DNA of 64,000 nt from an uncultured Acidobacteriota bacterium (GTDB lineage Bacteria; Acidobacteriota; Thermoanaerobaculia; Multivoradales; UBA5704), in the NCBI GenBank assembly GCA_963700145.1, contig OY969474.1:32001-96000 (forward strand), written 5' to 3'. The position numbers were made by a program, and so were the translations under genes. The notes beneath the pieces are model-generated. The model saw only the letters and a list, made by a program, of their open reading frames with translations, ran no database searches and was not told the origin of the DNA. Positions 40,027-50,285 of this stretch are shown one piece after another; the first letter of the stretch is position 1; every line of letters starts with the position of its first letter.

Positions 40027-40894
40027 ATGTATCCCGCGAGCTTCGACTATCACCGGCCCGCCTCGCTGGCCGAGGCCGCCGACCTGCTGAAGAACGATCC
40101 CGACGCGCAAGCTGCTCGCCGGCGGGCACAGCCTGCTGCCGGCGATGAAGCTGCGCCTGTCGGTGCCGACGGCCCTCGTCGACCTCTCCGGGATCGCGGG
40201 GCTGGCGGGGATCGGGGACGCCGGCGGCGGCCTGGTCGATCGGCGCGATGACCACGCACGCGGCGGTGGCCGACTCCGACGGCGGTGCGCTCCGCGTGTC
40301 CCGCTGCTCGCCGAGACGGCGGCGCAGATCGGCGACCTCCAGGTGCGCAACCGCGGCACGATCGGCGGCTCCCTCGCGCACGCCGACCCGGCCGCCGACT
40401 ACCCGGCGCCGCTCACCGCTCTCGGCGCGACGCTGGAGATCGGCGGTGCCGCGGCGCGCACGGTGCCGGTGGAAGGCTTCTTCCAGGGGCTCTTCACGAC
40501 CGACCTCCAGCCCGGAGAGATCCTGACCGCGGTGCACGTGCCGGCCTACGGCCAGGGGACGGGCGGCGCCTACGTGAAGCACCGGCATCCCGCCTCGGGC
40601 TTCGCGGTCGTGGGCGTGGCGGCCCTGGTGACGGTCGAGGGCGGCACCTGCGCGAAGGTGAGCCTGGTCGTCGGCGGCGTCCAGACCAACCCCGTCCGCG
40701 CGCAGGCCGCCGAGGCGGCCCTCACCGGCCAAGCGCCGGGCGAAGCGGCCTTCGCCGCCGCCGCCGCCAAGGTCGCCGAGTCGCTCACCAAGCCGCTCTC
40801 CGACCTCTACGCCTCCGGCGAGTTCCGCGTGCACCTGGCGGGGGTGCTGGCCAAGCGGGCGCTGGCGCAGGCGGTGGAGCGGGCGGGGGCGTGA
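40027..40894 (+). CDS. coxM: FAD-binding medium subunit (CoxM-like), frameshifted
   Basis: MYPASFDYHRP, LAGGHSLLPAMKLRL, IGDLQVRNRGTIGGSLAHADPAADYP. Confidence 0.92.
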
Positions 40895-40968
40895 CTGGTC
40901 GCGTCGGCCGCGGCTGGTCGTAACCGCGGGCCGGCGTAGCCTCGCTGTCGCCTCGCTACAATGCCCCG

Positions 40969-41865
40969 GTGATCCCCGCCTCCATCGACGCGCTCCACGC
41001 CGCGCTGCGCGAGCGCCGCTACGTCGCGGACCGCGGACTGGCCACGGCGCTCTTCCTGGCGCTGAAGCTCGAGCGGCCCGCTCTTCCTCGAAGGGCGAGG
41101 CCGGGGTGGGCAAGACCGAGGTGGCGAAGGTGCTGGCCGATCTGCTGGGCGCGGAGCTGATCCGGCTCCAGTGCTACGAGGGGCTCGACGTCCACCAGGC
41201 CGTCTACGAGTGGAACTACGCGCGCCAGATGATGCACATCCGCCTGGCCGGAGGCGCGCGGACGAGCGGCCGACGCGAGGCGGACCTCTTCGGGCCGGAC
41301 TTCCTGCTCGCGCCGGCCGCTGCTGCAGGCGATCGAGGCGCCCGGCGACCCGCCGCCGGTGCTGCTGATCGACGAGGTGGACCGCAGCGACGAGGAGTTC
41401 GAGGCCTTCCTGCTGGAGGTGCTCTCCGACTTCCAGGTCACCATCCCGGAGATCGGCACCATCCAGGCGGTGCAGCCGCCGGTCGTGGTACTCACCTCCA
41501 ACCGCACCCGCGAGGTCCACGACGCGCTGAAGCGCCGCTGCCTCTACCACTGGATCGACTACCCCACGTTCGCGACGGAGGTCGCCATCGTGCGGTCCAA
41601 GGTGCCCGGGCGCCGCCGACGGGCTGGCGCGCCAGGTGGCGGCGCTTCGTCCAGGAGCTGCGCCGCGCCGAGCTGTACAAGGTGCCCGGCGTGGCCGAGA
41701 CGCTCGACTGGGCCGCGGCGCTCGTCGCCCTCGACGCCGAAGGCGCTCGACCCGGCGGTGGTGGACGACACGCTCGGCGTCCTGCTGAAGTATCAGGACG
41801 ACGTGGCGCGGATGAAGGGGGCCAACGCCGAGGCCATCGTGGACCGCGTCCGCGCGGCGGGGTAG
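40969..41865 (+). CDS. coxD: MoxR-type AAA+ ATPase (CoxD-like), frameshifted
   Basis: GEAGVGKTEVAK, LIRLQCYEGLD, LLIDEVDRSDEEFEA, LTSNRTREVHDALKRRC. Confidence 0.88.
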
Positions 41866-41875
41866 GCGCGGCGCG

Positions 41876-43135
41876 ATGCAGCTCCTCCGCAACCTCCTGC
41901 TCTTCGGCCGGGTGCTGCGCGGCCTCGGCCTCGACGTCAGCCCGGCGCGGATGATCGACCTCGTCGCGGCGTTGCGGCTCCTCGACCTGGGGCGGAAGCA
42001 GGACGTCTACCACGCGATGCGCGCCCTCGTCGTCCACCGGCGCGAGGACATCGCGGCCTTCGACCAGGCCTTCGAGTTCTTCTGGCGCAAGCCCGCCGAG
42101 GGCTTCACCACCCTCGACCTGCGGGCGATGGGCGAGCGGCGCCGCTTCCGCCGGCCGCGGTTCGATCCGCCGGCGCCTCCCGACGCGGCGCCGGGCGGAG
42201 CGCAAGACCGGCCCGCCCCCGAGGCCCCGCCGACGCTGCGGGCGACGCTCACCTACAGCCCGGCCGAGGTGCTGCGCCACAAGGACTTCGCCGAGATGAC
42301 GGGCGAGGAGCTGGCCGAGGTCGAGCGGCTCCTGGCCGGCCTGGCGTGGCGGCTCGGGGAGCGGCGGACGCGGCGCTGGGCGGGCGGGCGCGGGCCGCGG
42401 CTCGACCTGCGGCGCAGCCTCCGCCGCAGCCTCCGCCACGGCGGCGAGATCCTCGACTGGGAGCGCCGCCGGCGGCGCGCGAAGCCGCGCCCGCTGGTGG
42501 TGCTGGCCGACGTCAGCGGCTCGATGGAGCGCTACACGCGGCTGCTGTTGCTCTTCCTCTACGCCTTGGCCGAGGGGCTGGAGCAGCGCGTCGAGGCCTT
42601 CGTCTTCGGCACTCGCTTGACCCGCGTCACCCGCCAGCTCCGCGGCCGCGACGTGGAATTGGCCCTGCGCGAGGTGTCGCGGGCGGTGCCGGACTGGTCG
42701 GGCGGGACCCGCATCGGCGAGGCCTTGCACGCCTTCAACTTCGCCTGGGGGAGGCGGGTGCCCGGCAGCGGCGCCGTTGTGCTGCTGATCAGCGACGGCT
42801 GGGACCGCGGCGAGCCCGAGCTGCTGCGCGGCGAGATGGCGCGCCTCCAGCGGAGCTGCCATCGGCTGGTGTGGCTGAACCCGCTGCTGGGCGCGCCGGA
42901 GTACGAGCCGCTGGCGCGCGGGATGCGGACGGCGCTCCCCTTCGTCGACGACTTCCTGCCGGTGCACAACCTGGCCAGCCTCGAGGAGCTGGCGCGGCGG
43001 CTCGAGGCGATCGACGAGCACCGGCCGCCGCGCCGGCAGGCGCCTGCGCTCCGTCTCCGAGACGAGGCCCCCGCGGCGCGTGCCGTTGAACGCCTCCCCC
43101 CGCTGGGCGTATGGTTGCCGCCGGAGCGGCCATGA
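41876..43135 (+). CDS. coxE: vWA protein (CoxE-like)
   Basis: LADVSGSMERY, FVFGTRLTRVT, WSGGTRIG, ISDGWD, WLNPL. Confidence 0.9.
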   Translation: MQLLRNLLLFGRVLRGLGLDVSPARMIDLVAALRLLDLGRKQDVYHAMRALVVHRREDIAAFDQAFEFFWRKPAEGFTTLDLRAMGERRRFRRPRFDPPAPPDAAPGGAQDRPAPEAPPTLRATLTYSPAEVLRHKDFAEMTGEELAEVERLLAGLAWRLGERRTRRWAGGRGPRLDLRRSLRRSLRHGGEILDWERRRRRAKPRPLVVLADVSGSMERYTRLLLLFLYALAEGLEQRVEAFVFGTRLTRVTRQLRGRDVELALREVSRAVPDWSGGTRIGEALHAFNFAWGRRVPGSGAVVLLISDGWDRGEPELLRGEMARLQRSCHRLVWLNPLLGAPEYEPLARGMRTALPFVDDFLPVHNLASLEELARRLEAIDEHRPPRRQAPALRLRDEAPAARAVERLPPLGVWLPPERP

Positions 43136-43749
43136 CCCACGACAACGAGCGCGGCGGCCCGGTCGCCGGCATCCTGCTCGCCGCCGGCACCTCGAGCCGG
43201 ATGGGGAGCAACAAGCTGCTCTTCGCGCTCGAGGGTGAGAGTCTGGTGCGGCGGGCGGCGCGGCGGGCCCTGGAGGCCGGGCTGTCACCGCTGCTCGTGG
43301 TGCTCGGCCACGAGGCGGAGCGGGCGGAGCGGGAGCTCCAGGACCTGCCGTGCGTGGTGGTGGTCAACGCCGCCTATGAGAGCGGCATCACCTCCTCGCT
43401 GCAGAGCGGCGTCGCCGCGCTACCCGCGGCGGCGCGGGCGATGGTGGTGATGCTCGCCGACATGCCTTTCGTGACCGCCGAGATGCTGGCCGGCCTCGCC
43501 GCACGCTGGCGGGCGGGCGCGGCGCCGCTCGTCATCTCCGACTACGAGGGGGTCAACGCCCCGCCCATGCTCTACGACCGCGCACTCTTCGGCGAGCTGC
43601 GCGCGATGCCGGTCGAGGGGGCAAGCGGCTGCGGTCGGCCGGTGGTCCAGCGCCACCGGGCGGAGGCGGAGGTGCTCGCCTGGCCGGCGGCGGCGCTCGC
43701 CGATCTGGACGTGCCCGAGGACTACGAGCGCCTGACGGCGCGGGAGTAG
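43132..43749 (+). CDS. mocA: Molybdenum cofactor cytidylyltransferase (MocA-like)
   Basis: ILLAAGTSSRMGSNKLL, LADMP, DLDVPEDY; located in a cox cluster. Confidence 0.8.
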   Translation: MTHDNERGGPVAGILLAAGTSSRMGSNKLLFALEGESLVRRAARRALEAGLSPLLVVLGHEAERAERELQDLPCVVVVNAAYESGITSSLQSGVAALPAAARAMVVMLADMPFVTAEMLAGLAARWRAGAAPLVISDYEGVNAPPMLYDRALFGELRAMPVEGASGCGRPVVQRHRAEAEVLAWPAAALADLDVPEDYERLTARE

Positions 43750-43774
43750 TGCACCACCGCCTGAGGCCACGACC

Positions 43775-44458
43775 ATGGCGATGCAGATCGAGAAGAGCTT
43801 CACCGTCCGGGCGCCCGCGGCGGCGGTCTGGAAGTTCCTGACCGATCCCGCGAGGGTGGCGGGCTGCCTGCCGGGCGCCGCGATCACCAGGCAGGTGGAC
43901 GAGAAGACCTACGGCGGCACGATGACCGTCAAGGTCGGCCCGGTGACCGCCGGCTATCGCGGCACCATGCGCTTCGAGCGGCTGGACGCCGCGGCGCGCG
44001 AGGCAGAGATCGTCGCCTCCGGCCAGGAGACGCGCGGCAAGGGCGGCGCCGACATGCGCATGACCAGCCGCGTCGTCGAGCGCACGCCGGGCGAGACCGA
44101 GGTCACGGTCGTCTCCGCCGTCAACGTCGTCGGCATCCTCGCCCAGTTCGGCCGCGGCATGATCCAGGACGTCAGCGACAGGCTCTTCGAGAAGTTCACC
44201 GAGTGCATGCGGCGGCAGCTCGAAGCGCCGGCGGCGGCCGCGCCGCCCGCCGCCGCGACCGGCGTCGCGCCGAAGGAGCCGGCGGCCGCCGCATCGCCGC
44301 CCCCGGCGGTTCCCGAGCCCGAGGCACTGGACTTGGGCGCCCTCGGCGCCGCGGCGGCGGGCCGCGCCGCCACTCGCACTCTCCGCCGTCCCGGCTTCTG
44401 GATCGCCGTGCTCGTCGTCGCGGCGGTCGTCTACTGGTTCTTGAGGAGCAACGGGTGA
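43775..44458 (+). CDS. coxG: CoxG/SRPBCC protein with C-terminal membrane anchor
   Basis: VWKFLTDPARVAGCLPGA...VKVGPV...LAQFGRGMIQDVS, Pro/Ala linker, C-terminal TM helix. Confidence 0.88.
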   Translation: MAMQIEKSFTVRAPAAAVWKFLTDPARVAGCLPGAAITRQVDEKTYGGTMTVKVGPVTAGYRGTMRFERLDAAAREAEIVASGQETRGKGGADMRMTSRVVERTPGETEVTVVSAVNVVGILAQFGRGMIQDVSDRLFEKFTECMRRQLEAPAAAAPPAAATGVAPKEPAAAASPPPAVPEPEALDLGALGAAAAGRAATRTLRRPGFWIAVLVVAAVVYWFLRSNG

Positions 44459-44489
44459 TCCCCGCCACGCCGTGGGCTCAGCTCGGCGC

Positions 44490-44519
44490 TTGACTTTGCA
44501 GCGTTGCCGTTCTCACAAT
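44490..44519 (+). promoter_or_regulatory. Putative promoter of the poly-Ile protein gene
   Basis: TTGACT (44490-44495), 18 nt, CACAAT (44514-44519); a 9-bp perfect hairpin at 44554-44576 precedes the RBS. Confidence 0.4.
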
Positions 44520-44594
44520 GGCGCGAAAGATCGTAATCCAGGCTCACTCCATGCACGCGGTGAGTCCCACCGCGTGAAACGAAAGGAGGAAGCG

Positions 44595-44918
44595 ATGTCG
44601 AGGCTCAAGAGGTTCGGCCTCGTCCTGGCGCTCGCCCTCAGCCTGCTGATCCCGTTGGCCTCGCCCGCCGCCGCCCTCGCGGCGACGCCGGCGAGCGCTC
44701 AGGCGGCGGCCTTCACCGTCCCGGCGGCCTCCGCCGCGACGGCGACGGCCGTGTTGTCGGCGGCCAACAACCTGCTGCGGCAGGAGGCGGTGGCGCGCAG
44801 GCCGATATGGATCATCATCATCATCATCATTATCATCATCATCATTATCATCATCGTCCTCCGCCGCAGGCCGCCGCGGCCGCCGGGGCCGCCGCCGGGG
44901 CCGGGGCCGAGGGTGTAG
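44595..44918 (+). CDS. Small (107 aa) exported/membrane protein with a 15-Ile run and Arg/Pro-rich tail
   Basis: RBS AAGGAGG, signal peptide MSRLKRFGLVLALALSLLIPLASPAAA, then ...RRPIW(I)15VLRRRPPRPPGPPPGPGPRV. Confidence 0.75.
   Translation: MSRLKRFGLVLALALSLLIPLASPAAALAATPASAQAAAFTVPAASAATATAVLSAANNLLRQEAVARRPIWIIIIIIIIIIIIIIIVLRRRPPRPPGPPPGPGPRV
44811..44855 (+). repeat. (ATY)15 trinucleotide repeat
   Basis: ATCx6 ATT ATCx4 ATT ATCx3. Confidence 0.95.
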
Positions 44919-44934
44919 CCGCTCCTCTTCCACA

Positions 44935-44973
44935 CGGTGCCGAGGTCCTGCTCCTCGCAGGAGCTCGGCACCG
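44935..44973. terminator. Stem-loop between convergent genes (terminator or REP-like)
   Basis: CGGTGCCGAG-g-TCCTGC tcctc GCAGGA-g-CTCGGCACCG; no U-tract. Confidence 0.5.
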
Positions 44974-45017
44974 CCTCATGTCTCGTCAAGGCGTCTTCTA
45001 GACGCGGCTCTTCTGCG

Positions 45018-45725
45018 CTAACCGCCTGACAACTCAGCGAAGCTTCGGCAGGTACGGTGCGGGCCGGGGTCGGCGGGCGGGTTGCCGGGTCGCACCAGGC
45101 AGCCGGTGCGCATGCCTGCGGTAGCCGCGGCGTCGAGCTCGCCACGGTGGTCGCTTAGGAAGAGGATGTCCGCGGGCGGCAGCGCGAAGGCGCCGGCGAT
45201 CGCTGCGTAGGAGCCGGCTTCGAGCTTGGGGCCGGTCGTGGTGTCGTGGAAGCCTTCGAAATGGCCGGTGAGGTCGCCGTAGTCGGTGTGGGCGAAGAGG
45301 AGCTTCTGCGCCCGCACGCTGCCCGAGGAGAAGACACGCAGCCGCACGCCCGCCGCCGTCCAGGCGGCGAGCGCCGGCGGGACGTCGGGGAAGACGTGGC
45401 CACGCAGCGTCCCGTCGCGGTAGCCGCGCGCCCAGATCGCTCCCTGGAGCTGCTTCAAGCCCGTGGACTTGCGGTCGTGCGCCATCAGGTAGCGGGCGTA
45501 GGGCGCGCCGCCGAACGGTGGGAGGCCGGTGGCGGCAGGGAACTGCCCCGCCTCCTCGCGGTGCTCCGCGGCGAGCCGTGCGAGCGCCTGCGCGGCCTCC
45601 GGATCGCCGGCGGGCGGCTCCGCGCAGAAGGCGTCGAGGCGCGCCGCGGCATAGGGGAAGAGGACGTCGTAGACGAAGGCGACGGAGGTCGTGGTCCCCT
45701 CGATGTCGGTGAGGACCGCGCGCAC
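45018..45725 (-). CDS. mtnC: Enolase-phosphatase E1 (acireductone synthase)
   Basis: LTDIEGTTTSVAFVYDVLFPYA, DRKSTGLKQLQGAIW, FSSGSVRAQKLLF, LFLSD. Confidence 0.95.
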   Translation of the reverse strand: MRAVLTDIEGTTTSVAFVYDVLFPYAAARLDAFCAEPPAGDPEAAQALARLAAEHREEAGQFPAATGLPPFGGAPYARYLMAHDRKSTGLKQLQGAIWARGYRDGTLRGHVFPDVPPALAAWTAAGVRLRVFSSGSVRAQKLLFAHTDYGDLTGHFEGFHDTTTGPKLEAGSYAAIAGAFALPPADILFLSDHRGELDAAATAGMRTGCLVRPGNPPADPGPHRTCRSFAELSGG

Positions 45726-45748
45726 GCCGGCGGGGAGCCCGCCGCCGC

Positions 45749-46306
45749 TCAGAGGCCCGGCGCCGGGATGTAGCGCGGCCCGAAGCAGAGCGGCTGGAAC
45801 CCTGCCTCGGCGCGCGAATCGGTGTAGTGCGGCGTCCAGCCGGACTGATCCTGGAAGAGGCGGATCGCGCGGATGGTGCGGTCGGCGCAGAGATCGAACC
45901 AGTGCGTGGTGCCGCGCGGCACGCGGATCATGTCCCCCTTCTCGACCTCGATCGAGAAGACTGGCCTGTCGGGCAGGTGGATGTGGAAGAGGCCGCGGCC
46001 GTGGACGATGAAGCGCACCTCGTCCTCGTCGTGCCAGTGCTCCTTGTTGAAGCGGTCGAGCATCGCCTGGAGGCCCGGCGTCTCCGGCTGGACGTTGATG
46101 ACGTCGGCGGTGACGTAGCCGCCTTCGGCCATCAGGGCCCGGATCGGCTCGCCGTAGGCGGCGAGGATGGCGTCGTTGTCGGCGTCCTCGGGCAGCGAGT
46201 CCGAGCCCTCGAAGCGGCGGTACCAGATGCCGGCGCGGGCGAGCAGCGCGTCGCGCTCGGCGCCCTCGACGACCCGGCCCTCTTCGCGCAGCGTCACGGT
46301 GGCCAT
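45749..46306 (-). CDS. mtnD: Acireductone dioxygenase
   Basis: GYVTADVI...FNKEHWHDEDEVRFIVHGRGLF...VPRGTTHWF...AIRLFQDQSGW. Confidence 0.95.
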   Translation of the reverse strand: MATVTLREEGRVVEGAERDALLARAGIWYRRFEGSDSLPEDADNDAILAAYGEPIRALMAEGGYVTADVINVQPETPGLQAMLDRFNKEHWHDEDEVRFIVHGRGLFHIHLPDRPVFSIEVEKGDMIRVPRGTTHWFDLCADRTIRAIRLFQDQSGWTPHYTDSRAEAGFQPLCFGPRYIPAPGL

Positions 46307-46463
46307 GGTGCGGCTCCTCCCGCGAGAATGTACCAGAGCCGGCCGGCGCGGTTGCGTCGCCCGGTGATGGGCTCCGCTACCCGAGCGGTCGCCTGCCGGA
46401 GCAGGCGACTGATCTAGATTGCGGGTTGCCCGGCCGCCGGCCCACTGGTACCGTGCCCGTCTC

Positions 46464-47093
46464 GTGAGCTCCGGGGACAGCGATCCGCGCCCGCGCCTCG
46501 GGGCGACGGCGCGACGGCTCCACCGCCGCGGCTGGATGGAAGGCACCGCCGGCAACCTCTCCGCCCGCCTCGACGACGGCACGCTCTGGATCAGCGCCAG
46601 CGGCAAGGACAAGGGGCGCCTCCGCCCGCGCGACTTCCTGCGCCTGGCGCCCGGCGGCGAGGTCGTCGAGCGCGGCGGCGAGGGCGACCGCCCGTCGGCC
46701 GAGACGGCGATCCACCACGCCGTCTACGCCCTCTTCCCGGAGGCCCGTGCCTGCCTCCACGTGCACAGCATCGCCTCCAACCTCGCCGCCCGGATGACGG
46801 ACGGCGACGAGCTGCCACTGCCGCCGCTCGAGATGCTCAAGGGGCTGGGGATTCGCGAGGAGGAGCCGCGGGTCGCCCTGACGGTCTTCCGCAACCACGC
46901 GCACGTGCCGGCGATCGCCGCCGAGATCGCCGCCCGCTTCGCCGCCGCCCCGCCGCGACTCCCCGGCCTCCTCGTCCGCGACCACGGCCTCACCGTCTGG
47001 GCGGCCGACCTCGATGCGGCCGTGCACCACCTGGAGCTCTTCGACTACCTCTTCGCCTACATGACCGCCGCCCGCGCCGGCGGCATCGGCTAG
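46464..47093 (+). CDS. mtnB: Methylthioribulose-1-phosphate dehydratase
   Basis: GWMEGTAGNLSAR, ISASGKDKG, PSAETAIH, LHVHS, EMLKGLG, LLVRDHGLTVW; next to mtnC and mtnD. Confidence 0.93.
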   Translation: MSSGDSDPRPRLGATARRLHRRGWMEGTAGNLSARLDDGTLWISASGKDKGRLRPRDFLRLAPGGEVVERGGEGDRPSAETAIHHAVYALFPEARACLHVHSIASNLAARMTDGDELPLPPLEMLKGLGIREEEPRVALTVFRNHAHVPAIAAEIAARFAAAPPRLPGLLVRDHGLTVWAADLDAAVHHLELFDYLFAYMTAARAGGIG

Positions 47094-47100
47094 CGCCGGC

Positions 47101-47676
47101 TCAGCGCTCGAGCTTCGCCTCGATCCGCCGGTCGGGGACGAGCCACATCAGCGCCACGAAGACGTAGATGGCGTCGGCGATCCATTGGTTGACGAAGGCC
47201 AGCGGGATCGCCGCGACGTAGAGGCCCGTCGAGAGCTTCCCCTTGGTGTCGCTCCCCATCGCGGCCGCGAGCCGCGAGTGCGGCCCCTGCGCCGCGACCA
47301 GCGTGCGCGCCAGGATGTAGTAGGCGACGCTGGCCAGCAGCAGCACGACGCCGTAAGCCGCTGTGGGCAGCGGCGCGAAGTGGTTCTCGCCCATCCAGCC
47401 GGTGACGAAGGGCACGAGCGACAGCCAGAAGAGCAGGTGCTGGTTGGCCCACAGGACCTTGCCGCTGATCCGCTCGGCGGCGTGGAGCATGTGGTGGTGG
47501 TTGTTCCAGTAGATGCCGAGGATGACGAAGCTCAGCACGTAGGTCAGGAAGACCGGCAGGAGCGGACGCAGCGCCTGCCAGCTCGCGCCGTGCGGGATGC
47601 GCAGCTCCAGGACCATGATGGTGATGAGGATGGCGATCACGCCGTCGCTGAAGGCTTCGAGACGCGTCTTGCTCAT
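47101..47676 (-). CDS. TMEM175-family potassium channel
   Basis: From ATG 47676: MSKTRLEAFSDGVIAILITIMVLEL...YWNNHHH (FSD motif). Confidence 0.92.
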   Translation of the reverse strand: MSKTRLEAFSDGVIAILITIMVLELRIPHGASWQALRPLLPVFLTYVLSFVILGIYWNNHHHMLHAAERISGKVLWANQHLLFWLSLVPFVTGWMGENHFAPLPTAAYGVVLLLASVAYYILARTLVAAQGPHSRLAAAMGSDTKGKLSTGLYVAAIPLAFVNQWIADAIYVFVALMWLVPDRRIEAKLER

Positions 47677-47687
47677 CGGGGGTCCTC

Positions 47688-50204
47688 CTAGCGCAGCGCG
47701 CGCCGGCTCTGGTACCACTCGAGCGGGCGGCGGAGGTGGTAGGTGCGCTCGCCGTCCTGAAGCTCGATGCCGGTGGCGAGGCGGCCGTAGCGGACGAAGA
47801 GGTAGCCGCGCTTGCTCTCGGGGGAGAGGCGCAGGCGGGTGCGCAGGTCGAGCCGTCGGCCGGCGACGACGAGCGGGTCGAGCACGATGGCGCCGTCGGC
47901 GAAGCGCACTTCGGCGCGGGCGGCGAGGCGCTCCTCGGCGAGGACGCCCTGGAGCCATCCCAGCGCTCGCTGCCGGCGGGCGAAGAGGGCGAGGAGGAGC
48001 CCCGCGTCCTTGAGCCGCGCCGCGACGGTGCTCTGGAGGGCGAGCGGGCGGGTCAGGCGGACGGTGCCGCGCTCGAGGTCGAAGTGCCCCCACCAGCCGC
48101 CGGGCGCCGGGCCGGGGATGGACGGAGCGCCGCCGTCGAGTTCGCTCCAGCTCACCCGCTCGAGCACCAGGCGGCTGCCGTCGAGGCGGAAGCGGTCGTC
48201 GGCCAGGTTGGCGGCGGCGAGCCGCGCCCGCAGGTTGAGCCCGGCGGCGATCCCCAGGTCGTGGAAGCGCAGCCGCACGGCGTTGGAGGTCAGGACCACC
48301 TCGCCGCGGCCGCTGTTGCCCGCGGTCTCCAGCTCGAAGTCGGAGCGCAGCCGCCCGGCGCCGCCGAGGATCGCCACGCCGGCGTCCGGCGGCAGGTAGC
48401 CGTTGAAGGCGGCGAGGTCGGGCGCCTCGGCGGCGGGGAGGTGGACGCGCAGGCGGAGGTCGCGCGCGGCGTGTGTGAGGTCGAGGTCGTCGGTCGTCAC
48501 CGTCATGCGGAGGCCGCTGCCGCGCAGGTGGGGCAGTGCGCCCGGCGCAGCGCGTGCGGCGACCTCGAAGCGGCCGAAGAGGACCTGGAGGTCGAGCGCC
48601 GGCGCGCCCGCCCGCGGCTCGACGGAGCCGGTCACGACGGCGCTGCCGCGCGCGCGGCTGGTCAGGTACTCGGCCTCGACGCGCGCCGGCGCGATGCGCA
48701 GCCGGCTGCCGGGCGAGAGGCGCCCGCGGTCGAGCCGCAGCGTGGCGGTGAAGGGGCCCTCGCCGCGCAGGTCGAGCCAGGGCGCCTTCTTCAGATACAC
48801 GTCCAGGAAGCCGAGCGAGGCGAGCCGGCCGGCGAGCTCGGCGTCGGCGGAGAGCGGCCGGAGGTTGGCGGCGCCGCGCAGGCTGCCCGGCGCGAACGGG
48901 TCGAGGCGCGCCGTGCCGCGCGCCGCGAGGCCGTCCGCCAGGGTCTCCGCGCCGCGGCGCGCGCGCCCCCGCGCGACGGTGAAGGTGGTGCGGTCGAGCG
49001 CCAACTTGCCGTCGCGCCAGGTGAAGCCGCCGGCGGCCTCGACGCCCGCCGTCAGCGCCAGGTCGCGGACCTCCATGGCGGCGGCCCCGGCGAGCCGCGC
49101 GTCCGTCAGGTGGACGCTCCACCGCCGCCGCGGCGGTCCGCGCCGCACCGCGGGGGGCGGACCGATCCCGACGCGGACGTCCGCGCCCTCGCCGCGCAGC
49201 CCGGCGAGGCGCAGCTCGCGTCGCATCAGGGCGGGGAGGTCGATGCGCGCCGCGGCGCGCGGCAGGGCGATCGTCCAGGCGGCGCGCCGGCCGGAGAGGT
49301 CGAGCCGCACGCGCTCGCCGTGGAGCTGCCCCCAGAGGGTGGCGCGGCGGGCGGCGAGGAGGCGGCTCAAGCGCAGCTCGGCGGTCGCCGCGGCGAGGCG
49401 CAGGGCGGCGCTCTCGAAGGCGCCGCCCTGGCGGTAGACGGCGACGCTGGCGGCGCGGCCGTCGAGGGCCAGCCGCGGGCCGGCGGGCGCCGCCTTCACC
49501 TCGGCGCGCACGACCAGCCGCGCCGCCTCCGGCGTCCGCAGCGCCGAGTAGATCGCGCGGCTGCCGGGAAGGAGGCGCCCATCGCGCACGCCGAGGTCGA
49601 GGAGCAGCCTCCCCGGGCCGCCGCCGGCCAGGCGCAGCGAGCCGGAGAGGAAGTCGAGGCCGCGCAGGCCGCGGTGGCGCCGCGGCGCGTAGGGCCCCAA
49701 GCGGAGTGAGCCGGCGAGCCGCGCGTCGCGCGCGATCGTCGCGCGTCCGGCGCGCAGGGTGGCGCCGCGCAGGTCGAAGCGCTCCAGCTCCAGTCGCGCC
49801 TCCCGGCCCGGCGCGATTTGCAGGCTGCCGGCGGCCATGCCCTTGCCCTCCAGGCGCAGCGGGCCGAGGCGCAGGGCGCCCAGGCGCGCGATCGTCACGT
49901 CTTCGAGCCGCACCTCGCGGCGCAGCAGGGGAAGGAGGCCGAGCCGGCCGCGCCCGCGCTCCACGCGCAGCGACCAGGGCAGCCGCCGCCGCGGCGCCGC
50001 GACCTCGAGCCCGCGCACCCACAGATCGCCCGGCCAGAGGGTCCAGGCGGCGCGCCAAGTCAGGCGCATCCGTTCCGGGCGGCGGTTGACCGCCCACTCG
50101 GCGAGCGGCGTGTTGAGGAAGAGGTTGGCGCCGGCGAGATACCCGCCGGCGGCCAGGCCGAGGACGAGCAGGAGCCGCCGCGCGGCGGCGGCCCCGCGGC
50201 TCAT
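47688..50204 (-). CDS. Large hypothetical protein, N-terminal anchor and beta-rich body (AsmA/TamB-like)
   Basis: Long ORF with an N-terminal TM (LLLVLGLAAGGYLAGANLFL) and amphipathic beta-strand patterns; function is inferred. Confidence 0.6.
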   Translation of the reverse strand: MSRGAAAARRLLLVLGLAAGGYLAGANLFLNTPLAEWAVNRRPERMRLTWRAAWTLWPGDLWVRGLEVAAPRRRLPWSLRVERGRGRLGLLPLLRREVRLEDVTIARLGALRLGPLRLEGKGMAAGSLQIAPGREARLELERFDLRGATLRAGRATIARDARLAGSLRLGPYAPRRHRGLRGLDFLSGSLRLAGGGPGRLLLDLGVRDGRLLPGSRAIYSALRTPEAARLVVRAEVKAAPAGPRLALDGRAASVAVYRQGGAFESAALRLAAATAELRLSRLLAARRATLWGQLHGERVRLDLSGRRAAWTIALPRAAARIDLPALMRRELRLAGLRGEGADVRVGIGPPPAVRRGPPRRRWSVHLTDARLAGAAAMEVRDLALTAGVEAAGGFTWRDGKLALDRTTFTVARGRARRGAETLADGLAARGTARLDPFAPGSLRGAANLRPLSADAELAGRLASLGFLDVYLKKAPWLDLRGEGPFTATLRLDRGRLSPGSRLRIAPARVEAEYLTSRARGSAVVTGSVEPRAGAPALDLQVLFGRFEVAARAAPGALPHLRGSGLRMTVTTDDLDLTHAARDLRLRVHLPAAEAPDLAAFNGYLPPDAGVAILGGAGRLRSDFELETAGNSGRGEVVLTSNAVRLRFHDLGIAAGLNLRARLAAANLADDRFRLDGSRLVLERVSWSELDGGAPSIPGPAPGGWWGHFDLERGTVRLTRPLALQSTVAARLKDAGLLLALFARRQRALGWLQGVLAEERLAARAEVRFADGAIVLDPLVVAGRRLDLRTRLRLSPESKRGYLFVRYGRLATGIELQDGERTYHLRRPLEWYQSRRALR

Positions 50205-50285
50205 CGGGCGCCGCGGTCGTCCACCCCGCTGTCGACTCACGGCGCCACTATAGACTGCGGCTCAGCCATTCCTTTGGAGGGTGTC

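Noticed and set aside
44807-45001. Poly-His ORF (and poly-Asp/poly-Met ORFs on the other strand)
   Set aside because: These are alternative frames of the ATC repeat. Only the Ile frame has an RBS, a signal peptide and synonymous interruptions.
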